A stretch of 17,251 nt of DNA from Myxococcales bacterium (GTDB taxonomy: Bacteria > Myxococcota > Myxococcia > Myxococcales > Anaeromyxobacteraceae), in assembly GCA_038320275.1 (NCBI GenBank), contig JBBQEB010000076.1, positions 1 through 17,251 on the forward strand, written 5' to 3'. The notes beneath the pieces are model-generated. The model worked only from the letters and a program-made list of their open reading frames with translations. It was not told the origin of the DNA and ran no database searches. Position 1 is the first letter of the stretch; every line of letters begins with the position of its first letter. Made by a program: the position numbers and the translations under genes. Positions 16,654 through 17,251 of this stretch are shown one piece after another.

Positions 16654-17251
16654 CGCTCGCGCCTGCGCGAGGGGCCGCGCTCCGGCGGCGGCTCCTCGCC
16701 TGGTGGGACGCCGGCCATCGGGCGCTGCCCTGGCGCGCGCCCGCCGCCGCCGCCGACCCGTACCGCATCTGGATCTCGGAGGTCATGCTCCAGCAGACGC
16801 GGGTCGAGGTGGTGGCCCCCCGCTACCTCGAGTTCGTTGCCCGGTTCCCTACGCTGAAGACGCTCGCCGCGGCGGACGAACGCGAGGTGCTCCACGCCTG
16901 GGCGGGCCTCGGCTATTACGCGCGGGGTCGACGGCTCCGCGAGGCCGCGACGCTGGCGCTCTCCCGTCACGGCGGGCTCCCGGCCGGCCGGGCTGCGCTG
17001 GCGGCGCTCCCCGGCTTCGGGGCCTACACCGCCGGCGCCGTGGCGAGCATCGCCTTCGGCCTTCGCGAGGCCTGCGTCGATGGCAACGTCGCGCGGGTAC
17101 TTTCTCGGCTCTTCGCCGTCGAGGGCGCGCCCGAGTCCAAGGCGTTCCGGGAACGCATTGCGGGGCTCGCGAGCGCGCTCGTTCCCCGCGGGCGCCCGGG
17201 CGACTGGAACCAGGCGCTGATGGAGCTCGGGGCCACCGTCTGCAGCAAGCC
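16629..17251 (+). CDS. mutY: A/G-specific adenine DNA glycosylase, 5' part (runs off the window)
   Basis: Not in the ORF track; my translation: LLAWWDAGHRALPWR...DPYRIWISEVMLQQTRV...WAGLGYYAR...LPGFGAYTAGAVASIAF...VDGNVARVLSRL...NQALMELGATVC. Nearest in-frame start is GTG 16629; start uncertain. Confidence 0.93.
   Translation, partial: MREAAAEIALAPARGAALRRRLLAWWDAGHRALPWRAPAAAADPYRIWISEVMLQQTRVEVVAPRYLEFVARFPTLKTLAAADEREVLHAWAGLGYYARGRRLREAATLALSRHGGLPAGRAALAALPGFGAYTAGAVASIAFGLREACVDGNVARVLSRLFAVEGAPESKAFRERIAGLASALVPRGRPGDWNQALMELGATVCSK

Overview
Very GC-rich, densely coded chromosomal window that reads as Myxococcota (Anaeromyxobacter-like; inferred from composition and protein style, not from a search). 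Left to right: a minus-strand HAMP histidine kinase and sigma54 (NtrC-type) response regulator; a divergent, tightly packed operon of Rieske ferredoxin, QueD, an atypical FolE paralogue, an SDR and a GlcD-like FAD oxidase; 2-oxoacid:ferredoxin oxidoreductase alpha/beta; three small envelope genes (TPR lipoprotein, small OM beta-barrel, DxDGDG-repeat protein); an RHH regulator with UDP-glucuronate decarboxylase and a GalE-like epimerase; a beta-rich lipoprotein; an acidic-domain protein with a basic G/A/K/R tail; an atypical Fe/Mn SOD; and the 5' part of mutY. I saw no RNA genes, CRISPR arrays or mobile elements. Most notable: (i) a 31-bp gap with two opposed sigma54 motifs sharing one -12 GC; (ii) a FolE paralogue with altered catalytic and phosphate-binding residues in a pterin/redox operon; (iii) interdigitated divergent leaderless sigma70 promoters with a palindrome on the RHH gene's -10.
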